This document shows, piece after piece, positions 46,369 to 56,689 of a stretch of DNA of 64,000 nt. Source of the stretch: a virus; the IMG/VR virus record IMGVR_UViG_3300034159_000051, positions 65,261-129,260 of that record; one strand, written 5' to 3'. Numbering within the stretch: the first letter of the stretch is position 1; each line of letters starts with the position of its first letter. Below the pieces are notes generated by a model that had not been told where the DNA came from, ran no database searches, and worked only from the letters and a program-made list of their open reading frames with translations. Position numbers and translations under genes: made by a program.

Positions 46369-47910
46369 CTATAGGCAGTGCGGAGGGTAGTTCCCCCAGC
46401 CCTTGCCAATTCCAACAAGCACAGTATTAACATAGGTTCCGACGTCGGCAAACGAGCCAGCCGGAAGATCGATCATCCATCCCTTTCGTTCGGCGAGGAG
46501 CTTGCGGAAAGCCGCCGCCTTGCGCGTCTCGCGGAACTCGGTCCCCGCCGACATGATAGCCAGAAGCCAGCCGTCTGGCTTGAGAAATTTCAGCGCATGA
46601 ACGACATGCGAGACATCGCGCTCATCGTCAAAAGGCGGATTCGCTAGTACGCCGTCATAGATCGGTTCCGGGTCTATCTTCAGAAAGTCCGCGGTGGTCA
46701 CTTTATTGAAGCGTCCGCTCTCCCGTAGCGCCGTCGCGAGTGCGGGCTGGATTTCGATGGCATCGAAGATGCGTCGGCAACCCTTCTCACGATGATAGTC
46801 GGGGACCTTCATCGCCGCGAAGGCAAGATTGCCGGTTCCAGCCGATGGTTCAAGGATGCGCTGAACGCCTTCGCGGTAAGGGATTTTCTCGGCTATCTTT
46901 TCAGAAAGACGAGGCGGCGTCGGGTAGAAGCCGAACGCCTTGGTTGGCGTCAGCGCCCGGCTTTCGAAGATGTCGGCTTCCTGCGTATTGCTGTCTCCGA
47001 TCACCTCGCCGTAGTAGGCCGCAAGCTCCTTGTTCACCAGTTCGACCAAATCATCGCGCAAAAACCATAAGTGCGCGTGCCCGTTCTGAAAAACCCGAAC
47101 GCGCAGATATTCGTTCTCGGTGCAGGACTGTTGCGGGCGATAGCCGCTGCGGTCGTTGCGGATTGCCTGGATCATGTCAGAGCGCGCATGGCGCGGATCG
47201 CGACCATCGAGGATGTGAAAGGTCCGCTCGATGTCGCGAAACGTGTCCACTATCGTTCCAGAATACGGAACGCTCCCGTGGTAATCGCAGAAGTGGGTCA
47301 GGATCACTCGGCCGCCTGTTGTCCCGCCTTTTGTCTTCTTGCCGACCTTGAAGCCGTCATGCGAGCGAAAGCGCCTATCGAGGTTCGAGAACGCATTGGC
47401 GATGCCGCGCCGCCAGATCATTTGAGCGTCCATCGAAAAGCGCGAGAGCGTGGCGCGCACGTTCGCCGCCGTAAATGGAGGCGCGCCCTTCTCTGCTTCT
47501 TCTCCTGTGATGACCTCGCGGGAGTTGCGCGGCCGGTCGGGCACGTATCGAAGCTGCTCGTCCAGTTCCTTCTTCGCTTGCGCGTCCATGAGTTGCTGAA
47601 GCCCGCACTTGTCCACGACATAGTGCCACATTTGCAGTGTCGAGAGCTTGCGGGCCACCCGGAGATAGGTTCCCTTCTCCGGGAGCTTTACCGCCTTGAG
47701 GAAGTCCGAGACTTCGTGGGCGTCGCTTGGGCTATGGAACGTGAACCCAGGCGTCAGAATGTTGATGGACAAGTGCGCTTTCTGGATCGCGTTTGCCGCC
47801 GCCTCGATTTTGTCGAAAGCGTCATCATAAAGCGCCATCCCCGCGTTGAAGCCTTCTTCAAGGTCTTCAAGGTTTGGCATAGCAGCCGGGAGGTTTGTGT
47901 GGATGGTCAT
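46369..47910 (-). CDS. DUF4942-like domain fused to N6-adenine methyltransferase
   Basis: RVFQNGHAHLWF...N..LA.YYG; FYPTP, LEPSAGTG, ANPPF, GSF...GT.VNT. Confidence 0.85.
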   Translation of the reverse strand: MTIHTNLPAAMPNLEDLEEGFNAGMALYDDAFDKIEAAANAIQKAHLSINILTPGFTFHSPSDAHEVSDFLKAVKLPEKGTYLRVARKLSTLQMWHYVVDKCGLQQLMDAQAKKELDEQLRYVPDRPRNSREVITGEEAEKGAPPFTAANVRATLSRFSMDAQMIWRRGIANAFSNLDRRFRSHDGFKVGKKTKGGTTGGRVILTHFCDYHGSVPYSGTIVDTFRDIERTFHILDGRDPRHARSDMIQAIRNDRSGYRPQQSCTENEYLRVRVFQNGHAHLWFLRDDLVELVNKELAAYYGEVIGDSNTQEADIFESRALTPTKAFGFYPTPPRLSEKIAEKIPYREGVQRILEPSAGTGNLAFAAMKVPDYHREKGCRRIFDAIEIQPALATALRESGRFNKVTTADFLKIDPEPIYDGVLANPPFDDERDVSHVVHALKFLKPDGWLLAIMSAGTEFRETRKAAAFRKLLAERKGWMIDLPAGSFADVGTYVNTVLVGIGKGWGNYPPHCL

Positions 47911-48145
47911 ACTGGCACCATCGACGCAAGCACAGAATAGGTTTTGCTCGCGGTGTATGCGCCATTAGGCGTCCTGCAAAGATATCCAGGCGTCGCTATT
48001 CCGAGAATAGCGTGGGTTTCTTGGTGAACCCATACGGACCGATAAGGCTCGGGCCTTGGGTGAACATTAAGCGGGCCGATGATGGCGAAAAACTTCTCTT
48101 TCGTCACAGGGACGTATCGATTTGAATTGCTCATGGATCTGATCC

Positions 48146-48406
48146 CTATCGTGTCGCTGATGCAATAAGAGCAACGTAAACCTTGTCACTTCGAAAACTG
48201 GCGTGATCGACGGTCGAGGAGCCGCCTGGATTGGCGTGATTGCGAATCAGGTGCTTGTCCGCCGCATTGTAGCTTGGAAATGGGCCGTAGCAGCGCGCAT
48301 GTTCGCGCCAGTCCCAAGCGTTCTTTGGCGCGTTGTAATCCTCAAGAATATAAAACCATTGGCCGGGTGTCGGCTCGATAAATTCGCACTCGCTGTTGGT
48401 GCTCAT
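48146..48406 (-). CDS. hypothetical early protein
   Basis: AGGGATCAG RBS; WDWRE...YGPF...HANPGG. Confidence 0.6.
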   Translation of the reverse strand: MSTNSECEFIEPTPGQWFYILEDYNAPKNAWDWREHARCYGPFPSYNAADKHLIRNHANPGGSSTVDHASFRSDKVYVALIASATR

Positions 48407-49002
48407 GTGTCTGATCCCTCTTGGGTAAAGGAGGCGCGATGCGCCCCCGCTGTTTGATCTAAAGACAAAAGCCGTGCAAGACGTTAGGGTTTTCAGTCTC
48501 TTCTTTCGGAAGCTCCTCAAGCATCGCAACCCAATATTCCAAGGCAGCATCGGGCTTGTCTGCGCCTGAGGCTTTAACCAGTTCGAGCAAGGCAACGCGC
48601 TGGGCTTCTGAGATGTCGATTTTGTAAGCCATGATGATTCCTCTGATCCCTTTTATGTCTTTCCAATTTACTTGGATTTGCGGCGGTCGGCAAGCGAGGT
48701 CTACCTCGCCCGCCAATGATTGCAATTAAGCTTTGATATGAATGCCAGCGTCTTTGTGGCCGTCCTGTTTATAGAAAGCGCCAGTTTCGCTTGCCGCTCG
48801 AAGAATGAACGGCGTGCCATTCCCGAGTTCTGTATTTTCAAGAGTTTGCGGGAACTGCCCTTTGGCAAGGCCGAGTCTTCTGCAGGTCGAATTAAAGAAG
48901 CGCGGCTTGGTAGAAAAATGATCTTTGTTTGTGGTGTTTTTGGAAGTGAGCATGATGGAGTGCATGGTGATGGTCCTTTTATCTGATCCCAATCTTTGTA
49001 AT

Positions 49003-49227
49003 TTACCCAGATTTTCGCCGGTCGGCAAGCCGCACTCTCCGGTTTGGGTTGGGTATTTTCCGCCGCCGTGCCTCGATCAAAACATCCCACTCGGCCCAAA
49101 GCTTGCGGACGTAAGGGTCATCGGCGGGTTTATCCTTGTGGATGGCCATGGTTTCCCGAAGATCGGCAAGCGCAAAATCGATCTCGGGCAGGGAGTAGTA
49201 TTTGGTTTTGGCGGCAAAGTCGCTCAT
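49003..49227 (-). CDS. hypothetical protein, paralog of 50027-50224
   Basis: Shared AL.D...T.A.H.DKP..DPYV.KL..EWD motif. Confidence 0.65.
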   Translation of the reverse strand: MSDFAAKTKYYSLPEIDFALADLRETMAIHKDKPADDPYVRKLWAEWDVLIEARRRKIPNPNRRVRLADRRKSG

Positions 49228-49496
49228 GGGCGACCGCCTTTCTGATCCACAACGCCGATGGCGATTGCCATAATTTCCTCGCGGACTTTCGTCAACGCTT
49301 TGATCCGCGCAACGTGCGCCGCACGAGCTCCCTCAAAGGGGTTTGGCTCAATCACGTAATAATCCCGTTCGTTCGGCGCGGCTCGCTGTAGGGCTTCCTC
49401 TGCGGCTCTTAGCGCGCGATCTGCGGTCTTGAATTGTTCGAGCAACTCACCCTTCGATGTCCCGTTCAAATGAACGCGGGGAATGATGACGGTCAT
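49224..49496 (-). CDS. hypothetical early protein
   Basis: PRVHLNGTS..L....PNERDYY motif. Confidence 0.6.
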   Translation of the reverse strand: MTVIIPRVHLNGTSKGELLEQFKTADRALRAAEEALQRAAPNERDYYVIEPNPFEGARAAHVARIKALTKVREEIMAIAIGVVDQKGGRP

Positions 49497-50026
49497 GATT
49501 GGCGGTCCTTATTCTGCTCGCGAACAACCTTGGCAAGCCCCTCAAGCCAAGGATCGGTGCGCTTCCCGCGCTCGCTTTCTACGACGATGCCGTAAGGGAT
49601 AAGCTCGTCAGCATTCGCGCGTGTTGGATTGCGGAGATAAGCCAGTAAGGCTTTAACAAAGCCGATTTCGTCATCGGCGATAACGCCAGAGCAGTCATGA
49701 CGAAGATGGAGGATGCTTTTCGTTCCCATGATCTGATCCCTTATTTACAACTATCAGATCCCCTTCATTCTTCGCCATGAAAACCCGGCGCTCGCCGGAT
49801 GCCCTGCGCAGACATTGCCCCTCGCGTCGGGCTGAGTTCACTCAGAACCGTCTCGACCAAATGGCGGATTTGGCACGGCTTTGAGATCCCGCACTCCACG
49901 AAAGAATGGACGATGTTCAAGCCATAGTCCTTTACGCACTCCCGTAATTCAGGGGGCATGGCGTCGATCTTTTCCATGCGTTTTCTGCGGCGCGCGTCGA
50001 TCCAGCTCTGATCGTGGGACATGACG

Positions 50027-50224
50027 TCACCTCGCTTTCTGTTTCTTATGGCGCTTCGCCGCTTCCTCGATCATCGCGTCCCACTCGCGGAACAGCTTCT
50101 CCACATACGGGTCGCTCGGCGGCTTGTCGAGATGGAGCGCCAGCGTACTCTTGATGTCTCCGAGCGCGTAGGCCAGCTCATCGTCTTTGTAGGCGCGAGC
50201 CTTCGCCGCATAATCGATGGTCAT
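50027..50224 (-). CDS. hypothetical protein, paralog of 49003-49227
   Basis: Shared motif; AGGGATCAG RBS. Confidence 0.65.
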   Translation of the reverse strand: MTIDYAAKARAYKDDELAYALGDIKSTLALHLDKPPSDPYVEKLFREWDAMIEEAAKRHKKQKAR

Positions 50225-50254
50225 GAATCTGATCCCTTTAAATGAAAGACGGCG

Positions 50255-50731
50255 CTATTGCTCCGCCTCCGTTGTCGTTGAAAGATCCCTAATCCAAAAA
50301 GTGATTACGTCAAGAGCTTCGACTTTCGCCGCCGCTTTTTCCTGCTCCATGAAGTTCGACTGCACGGACGTCGAACGGGGCGGGTATTTGGCGAGCCTTA
50401 GAGCATCCTCCGTGAAAGAAAAGTAGGCTCGATTCAAGGATTCGGTGATCTCCTGCTTTTTTTGGGAGTCTCCAACATTACTCGCGATCACGCGGTCGTA
50501 CAGCCTAAGAAGGTCTTTGTAGACCCAAAGCGTTGCGGCGATCTTAAATGCGCCTGACGACCACTCAAGAGCATGAGTCGGGTCATCCAGCAAAGAAGAG
50601 GCGAAATCGCCGATGCTTTCTTTCTGGGTGGCGATTTTTGTTATGATGTGGTCGCGGTGTTGGGCGATCACATACGCGATCGTCCGCGGAGGTTTTGCGA
50701 TCTCTTCTTTTTTCTTGAGTTTCTTTGCCAT
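50255..50731 (-). CDS. hypothetical early protein
   Basis: GGGGATCAG RBS, promoter upstream; PPRSTS..SN motif. Confidence 0.6.
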   Translation of the reverse strand: MAKKLKKKEEIAKPPRTIAYVIAQHRDHIITKIATQKESIGDFASSLLDDPTHALEWSSGAFKIAATLWVYKDLLRLYDRVIASNVGDSQKKQEITESLNRAYFSFTEDALRLAKYPPRSTSVQSNFMEQEKAAAKVEALDVITFWIRDLSTTTEAEQ

Positions 50732-50763
50732 CTTCTCTGATCCCCTTAGCTCTAATCCCATAA

Positions 50764-50791
50764 ATATAGCCATAAAACATTTATATGACAA
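50764..50791 (-). promoter_or_regulatory. early sigma70-type promoter (related copies at ~40829-40857 and ~45526-45554)
   Basis: TTGTCATA...TGTTTTATGGCTATATT on the minus strand. Confidence 0.65.
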
Positions 50792-50841
50792 GCGGAACGT
50801 AAGCATTTGTTTTTATCGCGCAAGTTCCTTCTTCATGAGGA

Positions 50842-51081
50842 TCAGCATTTCTTTGTTAAGCTGTCAGGATAAACGAGACGATCAAATTCCGACGCATCGG
50901 GAAACTTGACCTCATAATCCGGTTCGCCATCCTGCGAGCAACGGTAGAATTTGAAATCATCGCGTCCGAAGCTGCAGTCATTCTGAATGCAGTAAATTGT
51001 GCGGCGGTCGGTGTGCTGAAGGCGATAATAGGTGCGGTAATAGCCGCGTTCTTCCCCTGCGAATTTATAGAAGATGGTCAT
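50842..51081 (-). CDS. hypothetical early protein
   Basis: AGGGATCAG RBS; FYRCSQDGEPDYEV. Confidence 0.6.
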   Translation of the reverse strand: MTIFYKFAGEERGYYRTYYRLQHTDRRTIYCIQNDCSFGRDDFKFYRCSQDGEPDYEVKFPDASEFDRLVYPDSLTKKC

Positions 51082-51111
51082 GTCTCTGATCCCTTTTTTG
51101 ATCTTTGTAGT

Positions 51112-51441
51112 TTAGCCGCATTTCGCCTTGATGGCAATCGCCGCCAAGAGCGCGTAAGTGCGAATTATCTTCCGGCTGGTCCGCCTTGGGCGAATGTCGG
51201 CGGCGACGGCTTCGAGCGCGGCAATGTCTTTGGCTTGAAGCGCCTCCTCGACGCGGGGCCAGAACGTCGCTTTGTCTTTGGCGTAGGCCGGGCAATCGAC
51301 ATTCGGGCGCGGCGGCATCCTCCCGTCCTGCACTGCCTTGATCTGCTCGATATGCTTCGCCGTTGGCTTTGCGACGAAGAAGATGTCCGCAGCCTGCTTG
51401 GCAAGCTGCGGGTCCATCGGAGCCTTGATGGGCTTTTTCAT
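51112..51441 (-). CDS. hypothetical protein duplicating the C-terminal domain of 51446-52474
   Basis: Both end RK.I..Y.LLAAIA.KA. Confidence 0.6.
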   Translation of the reverse strand: MKKPIKAPMDPQLAKQAADIFFVAKPTAKHIEQIKAVQDGRMPPRPNVDCPAYAKDKATFWPRVEEALQAKDIAALEAVAADIRPRRTSRKIIRTYALLAAIAIKAKCG

Positions 51442-51445
51442 CGGG

Positions 51446-52474
51446 CTACTGCCGTGCCTTAAGAGCGATGGCGGCAAGTAGGCCGTATTCCTGAATGCGC
51501 TTGCGGATCGTCCAGCCGGTGGTGAGCGCGCGGGCCTCTGTCTCGACCGCATCGCCGTTGCCTGCATCGACCAGCGCCTTGATCTTATCGAACGTCTTCT
51601 TGTGAGGCTGATACGAAGGCTGCTCAAAGCTTGGCTCGGTCGGAAGCTCGCCGCGATGGGCCGCCGCCAGGGCGTCGAGATGCTTCTGGCGAGGGTAAGC
51701 AAGCCCAAAAAACTCAGCGGCTTCTTTGATTTCGGCGGTGGCTTCGACTACGACTTTGGCCTTCGGCTCTTTCGGCGTCTTTGGCGTCTTTGCCTTCTTC
51801 TCGGCCTTCGGCGCGGACACAACAACCGGGCGAGCCTTGGCGATGATGGCGAGCGCAGCGGTCAATGCATTGAGTTGCGCCGGGGTTTCGATATTGGCGA
51901 TCATCTTGCCAAGTTCATCGCGTTCGGTGGGTTTAGCCGCTATTTCCTCGCTTGGGCCATCGTGCATCCATGCAGGCTCTTGCTGGTAGTCTTCCTTGCC
52001 ATCGGCGTCGATGCGGACGAGGTGCACTGTATCGCCGTCACGGAGGCTGTATTCGTCATAGGCGGGGCCTCCTGAAAGGTGAGGGCCATTCTCGGCATCG
52101 CCATCGTCGGACCAGCTTGCCTCGACGTGGGTGTGGGTGTAGTCGCTGGCGAGCAATTCCTTATGGCGCTGATAACGGGTGTGGCCGATGCCTTCGATCT
52201 TGTCTTCCTCGAAGATGGGCGTCTCGACGACGACGGTATCTTCGCCAAGATGATCCTCGAAGATTTCGGTCCTTGCTTCGGGGCACTCGATTACCGCCGC
52301 CGCAGGCGTTTCGATGGGAGCCTGCCCGGCGGTGCGCAGTTCGATTTTCCAGCGGCCGATGAGGTTGTGGCAGGAAACAACGCGAAAATCTATTGGCTCA
52401 TATCCTGCGCGAATGGCGCCGCGGTGAGCGGTTGACTTGCTGGAGTAGGTTTGTTGGGTGATATCGGCGGTCAT
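51446..52474 (-). CDS. hypothetical early protein
   Basis: GGAG RBS; first large gene of the leftward block. Confidence 0.65.
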   Translation of the reverse strand: MTADITQQTYSSKSTAHRGAIRAGYEPIDFRVVSCHNLIGRWKIELRTAGQAPIETPAAAVIECPEARTEIFEDHLGEDTVVVETPIFEEDKIEGIGHTRYQRHKELLASDYTHTHVEASWSDDGDAENGPHLSGGPAYDEYSLRDGDTVHLVRIDADGKEDYQQEPAWMHDGPSEEIAAKPTERDELGKMIANIETPAQLNALTAALAIIAKARPVVVSAPKAEKKAKTPKTPKEPKAKVVVEATAEIKEAAEFFGLAYPRQKHLDALAAAHRGELPTEPSFEQPSYQPHKKTFDKIKALVDAGNGDAVETEARALTTGWTIRKRIQEYGLLAAIALKARQ

Positions 52475-52756
52475 AGGTTTTCTCCGTGAATTGGGAAGAT
52501 GCCCGGCGATGCCGGGCTATGTGGCGGATTAGAGTTTGATGATGTTCGCGGCTAAGCCGGCGAGAAAAAGGATGAGGGCTACTGTTACAATCCAGGCTGC
52601 AATCGCAATCATTGGTGTCTCCTGTCTGATCCCTTGTTTGCCGTCTTTCTGATTTAGAATTTACGGCAGGCCCGCCATGTTGGCACCAGCTTTTCGGCAT
52701 GTGGATACCGATTTTTTTGCCTATCTCAAAAGCCGCAAATCAGATAACGCGGATAT

Positions 52757-53404
52757 ATGGCAAGGAAACCGATAAAGGGATCAGAACCACAGTGGCCGGC
52801 CTATAATGTAGAGCGTCGCCCGATCACCGAGCTTCGTCCTTACGAAAAGAACCCGCGCACACACAGCGCTTCGCAAACGACCCAGATCGCGGCGTCGATG
52901 CTCGAATTCGGTTGGACCTTCCCGGTCCTGATCGATGAGAAAGGCGAACTGATCGCCGGTCATGGACGCATCCAGGCGGCATTCATGCTTGTGACGGGCG
53001 GGTTCGAGCTTGGCGGCTCCATCCAGCCGCCACGCCCCGAGTTCACCGAGGCACCCTGCATCGTCGCCAAGGGTTGGACCGAGGCGCAAAAGCGCGCCTA
53101 TGTCATTGCCGACAATAAACTCACACTCAACGGCGGATGGGATGAAGACCTCCTTAAAGTCGAACTGGCCGAACTGAAAGACTTCGGCTTCGATCTCGCC
53201 CTTACCGGCTTTGCCGACGATGAACTAAACTTGATCTTTCATGGCTGGTCATCGGACATCGATCTGATCGACAAGCATGGCGAAAACCTCGACGGCATCC
53301 TCGCCACTCTCAAAGTCAAGGTCGATCAGGAAGCGACCGAGATCGCTAAGGCTGCGATCATCAAGGCGCTCGATGAGAATGGGCTGAAGTATGAGCTTGT
53401 CTGA
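52757..53404 (+). CDS. ParB/Srx-like N-terminal domain protein
   Basis: LRPYEKNPRTHS..Q..QIAAS..EFGW..P.LID...IAGHGR...ADNKL...WD. Confidence 0.85.
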   Translation: MARKPIKGSEPQWPAYNVERRPITELRPYEKNPRTHSASQTTQIAASMLEFGWTFPVLIDEKGELIAGHGRIQAAFMLVTGGFELGGSIQPPRPEFTEAPCIVAKGWTEAQKRAYVIADNKLTLNGGWDEDLLKVELAELKDFGFDLALTGFADDELNLIFHGWSSDIDLIDKHGENLDGILATLKVKVDQEATEIAKAAIIKALDENGLKYELV

Positions 53405-54248
53405 TGATGAAGGGCGGAGGCTCAATCTTCTTGTAGCCTACCCTTATATGACCGCCAGCATCATCAAGATTTTAGCCGAGAATCAGAGTCGAGTCCGGTT
53501 CCTTCTCGATTCCGGCGCTTTCACTGCCTGGAAGGCGGGCAAGCCAATCGCGATTGATGATTATTGCCGGTTTATCGAAAACCTGCCGATCAAGCCGTGG
53601 CGATATTTTACGCTCGATGTCATCGGCGACCCCGCTGGCTCGCTCAAGAATTATGAAATTTTAATCAAGCGAGGGTTTAAGCCAGTTCCGATTTTTACGC
53701 GAGGCGAAAGCCCATCGGCGCTCGATGAGTATTACAAAACCTCGGACGTGGTCGGCATTGGTGGGTTGGTCGGAACTCAGAAAAATCGCGGCTTCGTTAA
53801 TGGCATCATGAAGCATGTTGGCAAGCGTCGGGTCCACTGGCTCGGGTTCACTAGCACCGAATATCTCAAGCAGTATCGGCCCTATATGTGCGATTCCTCA
53901 TCCTGGGCCGGGGCGCTTATTTTTGCTTCCTTGAAAATCTACGACAAGGGCGGGCGGTTCGTTGCCTGCCAGAAAAAGGACTTCGTTCGGCATCCATCGC
54001 CAGATATCGTGCGCCTTCTCCGAGAATACGAAATCGACCCCATGCTTTTTGCTAAAGCGAGCAATTGGAAGAACTCAGGCAAAGGCGATTATCCTACCGA
54101 AATGGTAGCGTTTCGATCCTTCGTGAAATTTCAGCGTGAAGTTGGGACCGAACTCGGAACCAAAATATTCATGGCCGTCGCATCTGATTGGCAGACGAAA
54201 CTCTCGCTTGAAGCTTACGATTTTTGGGATCGCAAGCGAGTAGCCTGA
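53391..54248 (+). CDS. TGT-fold DpdA-like 7-deazaguanine DNA-insertion enzyme
   Basis: FLLDSGAF, LDVIGD, IGGLV, VHWLG, CDSSSW; next to the que genes. Confidence 0.6.
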   Translation: MSLSDDEGRRLNLLVAYPYMTASIIKILAENQSRVRFLLDSGAFTAWKAGKPIAIDDYCRFIENLPIKPWRYFTLDVIGDPAGSLKNYEILIKRGFKPVPIFTRGESPSALDEYYKTSDVVGIGGLVGTQKNRGFVNGIMKHVGKRRVHWLGFTSTEYLKQYRPYMCDSSSWAGALIFASLKIYDKGGRFVACQKKDFVRHPSPDIVRLLREYEIDPMLFAKASNWKNSGKGDYPTEMVAFRSFVKFQREVGTELGTKIFMAVASDWQTKLSLEAYDFWDRKRVA

Positions 54249-54391
54249 GCGATTCAAAGCTGCATTTCGGTCTGTGGTTTTTGGCGATGAAAAAGTCAAC
54301 ACCTTTTTTGTATTAAGCAACGCGAAGCATTATCCAATCCCCTCGAAGCAGTTTAGGGTCCTCTCGAATTCAACCTTTAGACGGGGGTCTA

Positions 54392-55183
54392 ATGACGAAA
54401 GCACTTGTGGTTCTTTCAGGTGGGCAGGATAGCACGACGGTTCTATTCTGGGCCAAGCAGCAATTCGATGAAGTTCACGCGATCACCTTCGACTATGGGC
54501 AGCGGCATCGTTGCGAGATCGGCGCGGCAAAGAAGGTTGCGGAGCTGGCCGGGGTTGCCTCGCATGAGGTGATTGTTGTTGGGCCGCTCTTAAGCGGGCG
54601 CTCGCCTCTTACAGATCCCAGCACGGAGCTTGAAACCTATACCGACTACGCCAGCATGGACGCGACGATTGGCGAGCGCCGGGAATTGACCTTCGTTCCG
54701 ATGCGTAACGCCTTCTTCCTGACGCTTGCGGCAAACCGGGCCGAAGTTCTTGGATTACATGATATCGTGACCGGCGTTTGCCAGATGGACAATGCCAATT
54801 ACGATGACTGCCGCAAGACGTTCGTCGCCGCGACCGAGGATTACATCAATAAGGCGCTCGGCCATGACCATCGCGGGACGCCACCAATCAAAATCCATAC
54901 GCCGCTGATTGATTTGTCGAAGGCTGAGAGCATTCACTTCGCGCAGACGCTTCCCGGCTGCATGGAGGCCCTGGCCTATTCTCACACCTGCTACGCCGGC
55001 GAGTATCCGCCGTGTGGCAAGTGTCATGCCTGCGTGCTGCGTGCTCACGGGTTCGAGGAAGCGGGTGTTCCTGATCCGCTTGTCCTTAGAGCGTATGGTG
55101 CTGCGGCTTCCCATACCTTGCCAGAAACCGCAAACTATGACGAAGAGAGACAAAAAGCACGTTTGGGTGGCTTGCTCGCATGA
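54392..55183 (+). CDS. queC: 7-cyano-7-deazaguanine synthase
   Basis: VVLSGGQDST, FDYGQRH, TFVPMRN, YDDCR, HTCY...CGKCHAC. Confidence 0.95.
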   Translation: MTKALVVLSGGQDSTTVLFWAKQQFDEVHAITFDYGQRHRCEIGAAKKVAELAGVASHEVIVVGPLLSGRSPLTDPSTELETYTDYASMDATIGERRELTFVPMRNAFFLTLAANRAEVLGLHDIVTGVCQMDNANYDDCRKTFVAATEDYINKALGHDHRGTPPIKIHTPLIDLSKAESIHFAQTLPGCMEALAYSHTCYAGEYPPCGKCHACVLRAHGFEEAGVPDPLVLRAYGAAASHTLPETANYDEERQKARLGGLLA

Positions 55184-55869
55184 TTATCGATCAACCCGTC
55201 TCAAAGACGGTAAGCGCCCGCCTTCGTGCTGAAGGTATCCGCTTCTTCGCTAATGACGCCATCGGTGAGCATCTTCGTCCGGGTGAAGCCGAAGCCCTTG
55301 AAGCCGAAGTGGCGCAAGTTGCCGGGGCAATGCTCGATGCGCTGGTGATTGACCGCGCAGAGGATCATAACACCAAGGGAACGGCGAAGCGACTCGCCAA
55401 GATGTTCGTGCGGGAAATCTTTCGGGGCCGGTATCAGCCAAGGCCGGACGTGACCGACTTTCCGAACGTGAAGCATGTGGACGAGCTTTACACGGTCGGT
55501 CCCATCACTGTCCGGTCAACATGCTCGCACCATTTCGCGCCGATTATGGGAAAGGCTTGGGTAGGGGTGATCCCCTCCGAGCGCGTCATCGGTTTGTCGA
55601 AGTTCAACCGGCTTATCGATTGGGCCATGAGCCGCCCGCAGATTCAGGAAGAGGCGGTTGTCATCGTCGCAGATCTGATCGAAGAGGCGATCCAGCCGCG
55701 TGGCCTCGCCGTGGTTATCAAGGCTGAGCATCTGTGCATGACCATGCGCGGCGTTCGCGAGCACGAAACCAACATGGTGACATCCGTTACGCGCGGCCTG
55801 CTTCGCGAAAGACCGGAAGCTCGCGCCGAGTTCTTCTCCATCATCAAGGGGCAAGGGTACTCCGCATGA
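55180..55869 (+). CDS. folE: GTP cyclohydrolase I
   Basis: STCSHH, IGLSKFNR, RPQIQE, AEHLCMTMRG. Confidence 0.95.
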   Translation: MIIDQPVSKTVSARLRAEGIRFFANDAIGEHLRPGEAEALEAEVAQVAGAMLDALVIDRAEDHNTKGTAKRLAKMFVREIFRGRYQPRPDVTDFPNVKHVDELYTVGPITVRSTCSHHFAPIMGKAWVGVIPSERVIGLSKFNRLIDWAMSRPQIQEEAVVIVADLIEEAIQPRGLAVVIKAEHLCMTMRGVREHETNMVTSVTRGLLRERPEARAEFFSIIKGQGYSA

Positions 55870-56291
55870 GCGCCATTACAGCATCGCGCTACCACGACAT
55901 CAGTTGTGGACACCGGGTTTACGGCCACGAAAGCAAGTGTCGACACGCGCACGGCCACAACTACCGCGTGCATTTTAACTGTCTCGCGCCAAGCCTTGAT
56001 GAGATCGGCCGGGTGATCGACTTCTCGGTGATCAAGTCCATGCTCTGCGAATGGTTAGAAACGGAGTGGGATCATAAGTTCCTGCTCTGGGAGGAAGACC
56101 CCGGCGCGGAGATCATGCGCCAGTTCGATGCCGAGTCCGTCAAGCTGGTCCCCTTCAATCCAACTGCCGAGAATATGGCGCGCTACCTCGTTGAGATCAT
56201 CGGCCCGCAGCAGCTCGCCGGAACTGGCGTCACCCTTCATTCGGTCACGATAGAGGAGACGCGCAAGTGCAGTGCAAGTTACAGCATTTGA
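55866..56291 (+). CDS. queD: 6-carboxy-5,6,7,8-tetrahydropterin synthase
   Basis: GHRV...CRHAHGHNY, VIDF, WDHK, PTAENMA, EET. Confidence 0.92.
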   Translation: MSAITASRYHDISCGHRVYGHESKCRHAHGHNYRVHFNCLAPSLDEIGRVIDFSVIKSMLCEWLETEWDHKFLLWEEDPGAEIMRQFDAESVKLVPFNPTAENMARYLVEIIGPQQLAGTGVTLHSVTIEETRKCSASYSI

Positions 56292-56689
56292 CATGGCTCG
56301 ATTTTCAGGACGCGGTTGACGTTCTGTCGACCTATGTCAGGCCCGGCGCGACCGGAATATTCGGCGAGGCCCGCGGCGGGCTTCCGCTTGCTGTCGCCCT
56401 CAGTCATCGCACGACGCTGCCTTATCTTCGCGAGCCGGACGCCAATATGATCTGGGTCGACGACATCATCGATTCTGGCGAGACCTTCAGTAAACGCCGC
56501 ATCGATTTTCCGCGAGCGCAGTACCTCGCCTGGGTTGGTCGAACAAGAGCGATGGGGGCCTCGATATCCATCGCGCGCATCATCAAAAGCGACTGGATCG
56601 TGTTTCCGTGGGAAGACAAGGCCAAGGCTGCGCGGGACCGCACGGATTATCTCAAGCGCAGGGAGACGGCCAATGCTTTACCCGGTTAA
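56267..56689 (+). CDS. type I phosphoribosyltransferase (Gpt-like)
   Basis: ARGGL..AV.LSH, WVDDIIDSGET PRPP-binding loop, WIVFPWE. Confidence 0.85.
   Translation: MQCKLQHLTWLDFQDAVDVLSTYVRPGATGIFGEARGGLPLAVALSHRTTLPYLREPDANMIWVDDIIDSGETFSKRRIDFPRAQYLAWVGRTRAMGASISIARIIKSDWIVFPWEDKAKAARDRTDYLKRRETANALPG

Noticed and set aside
54249-54391. preQ1 riboswitch before queC
   Set aside because: No recognisable preQ1 aptamer consensus.
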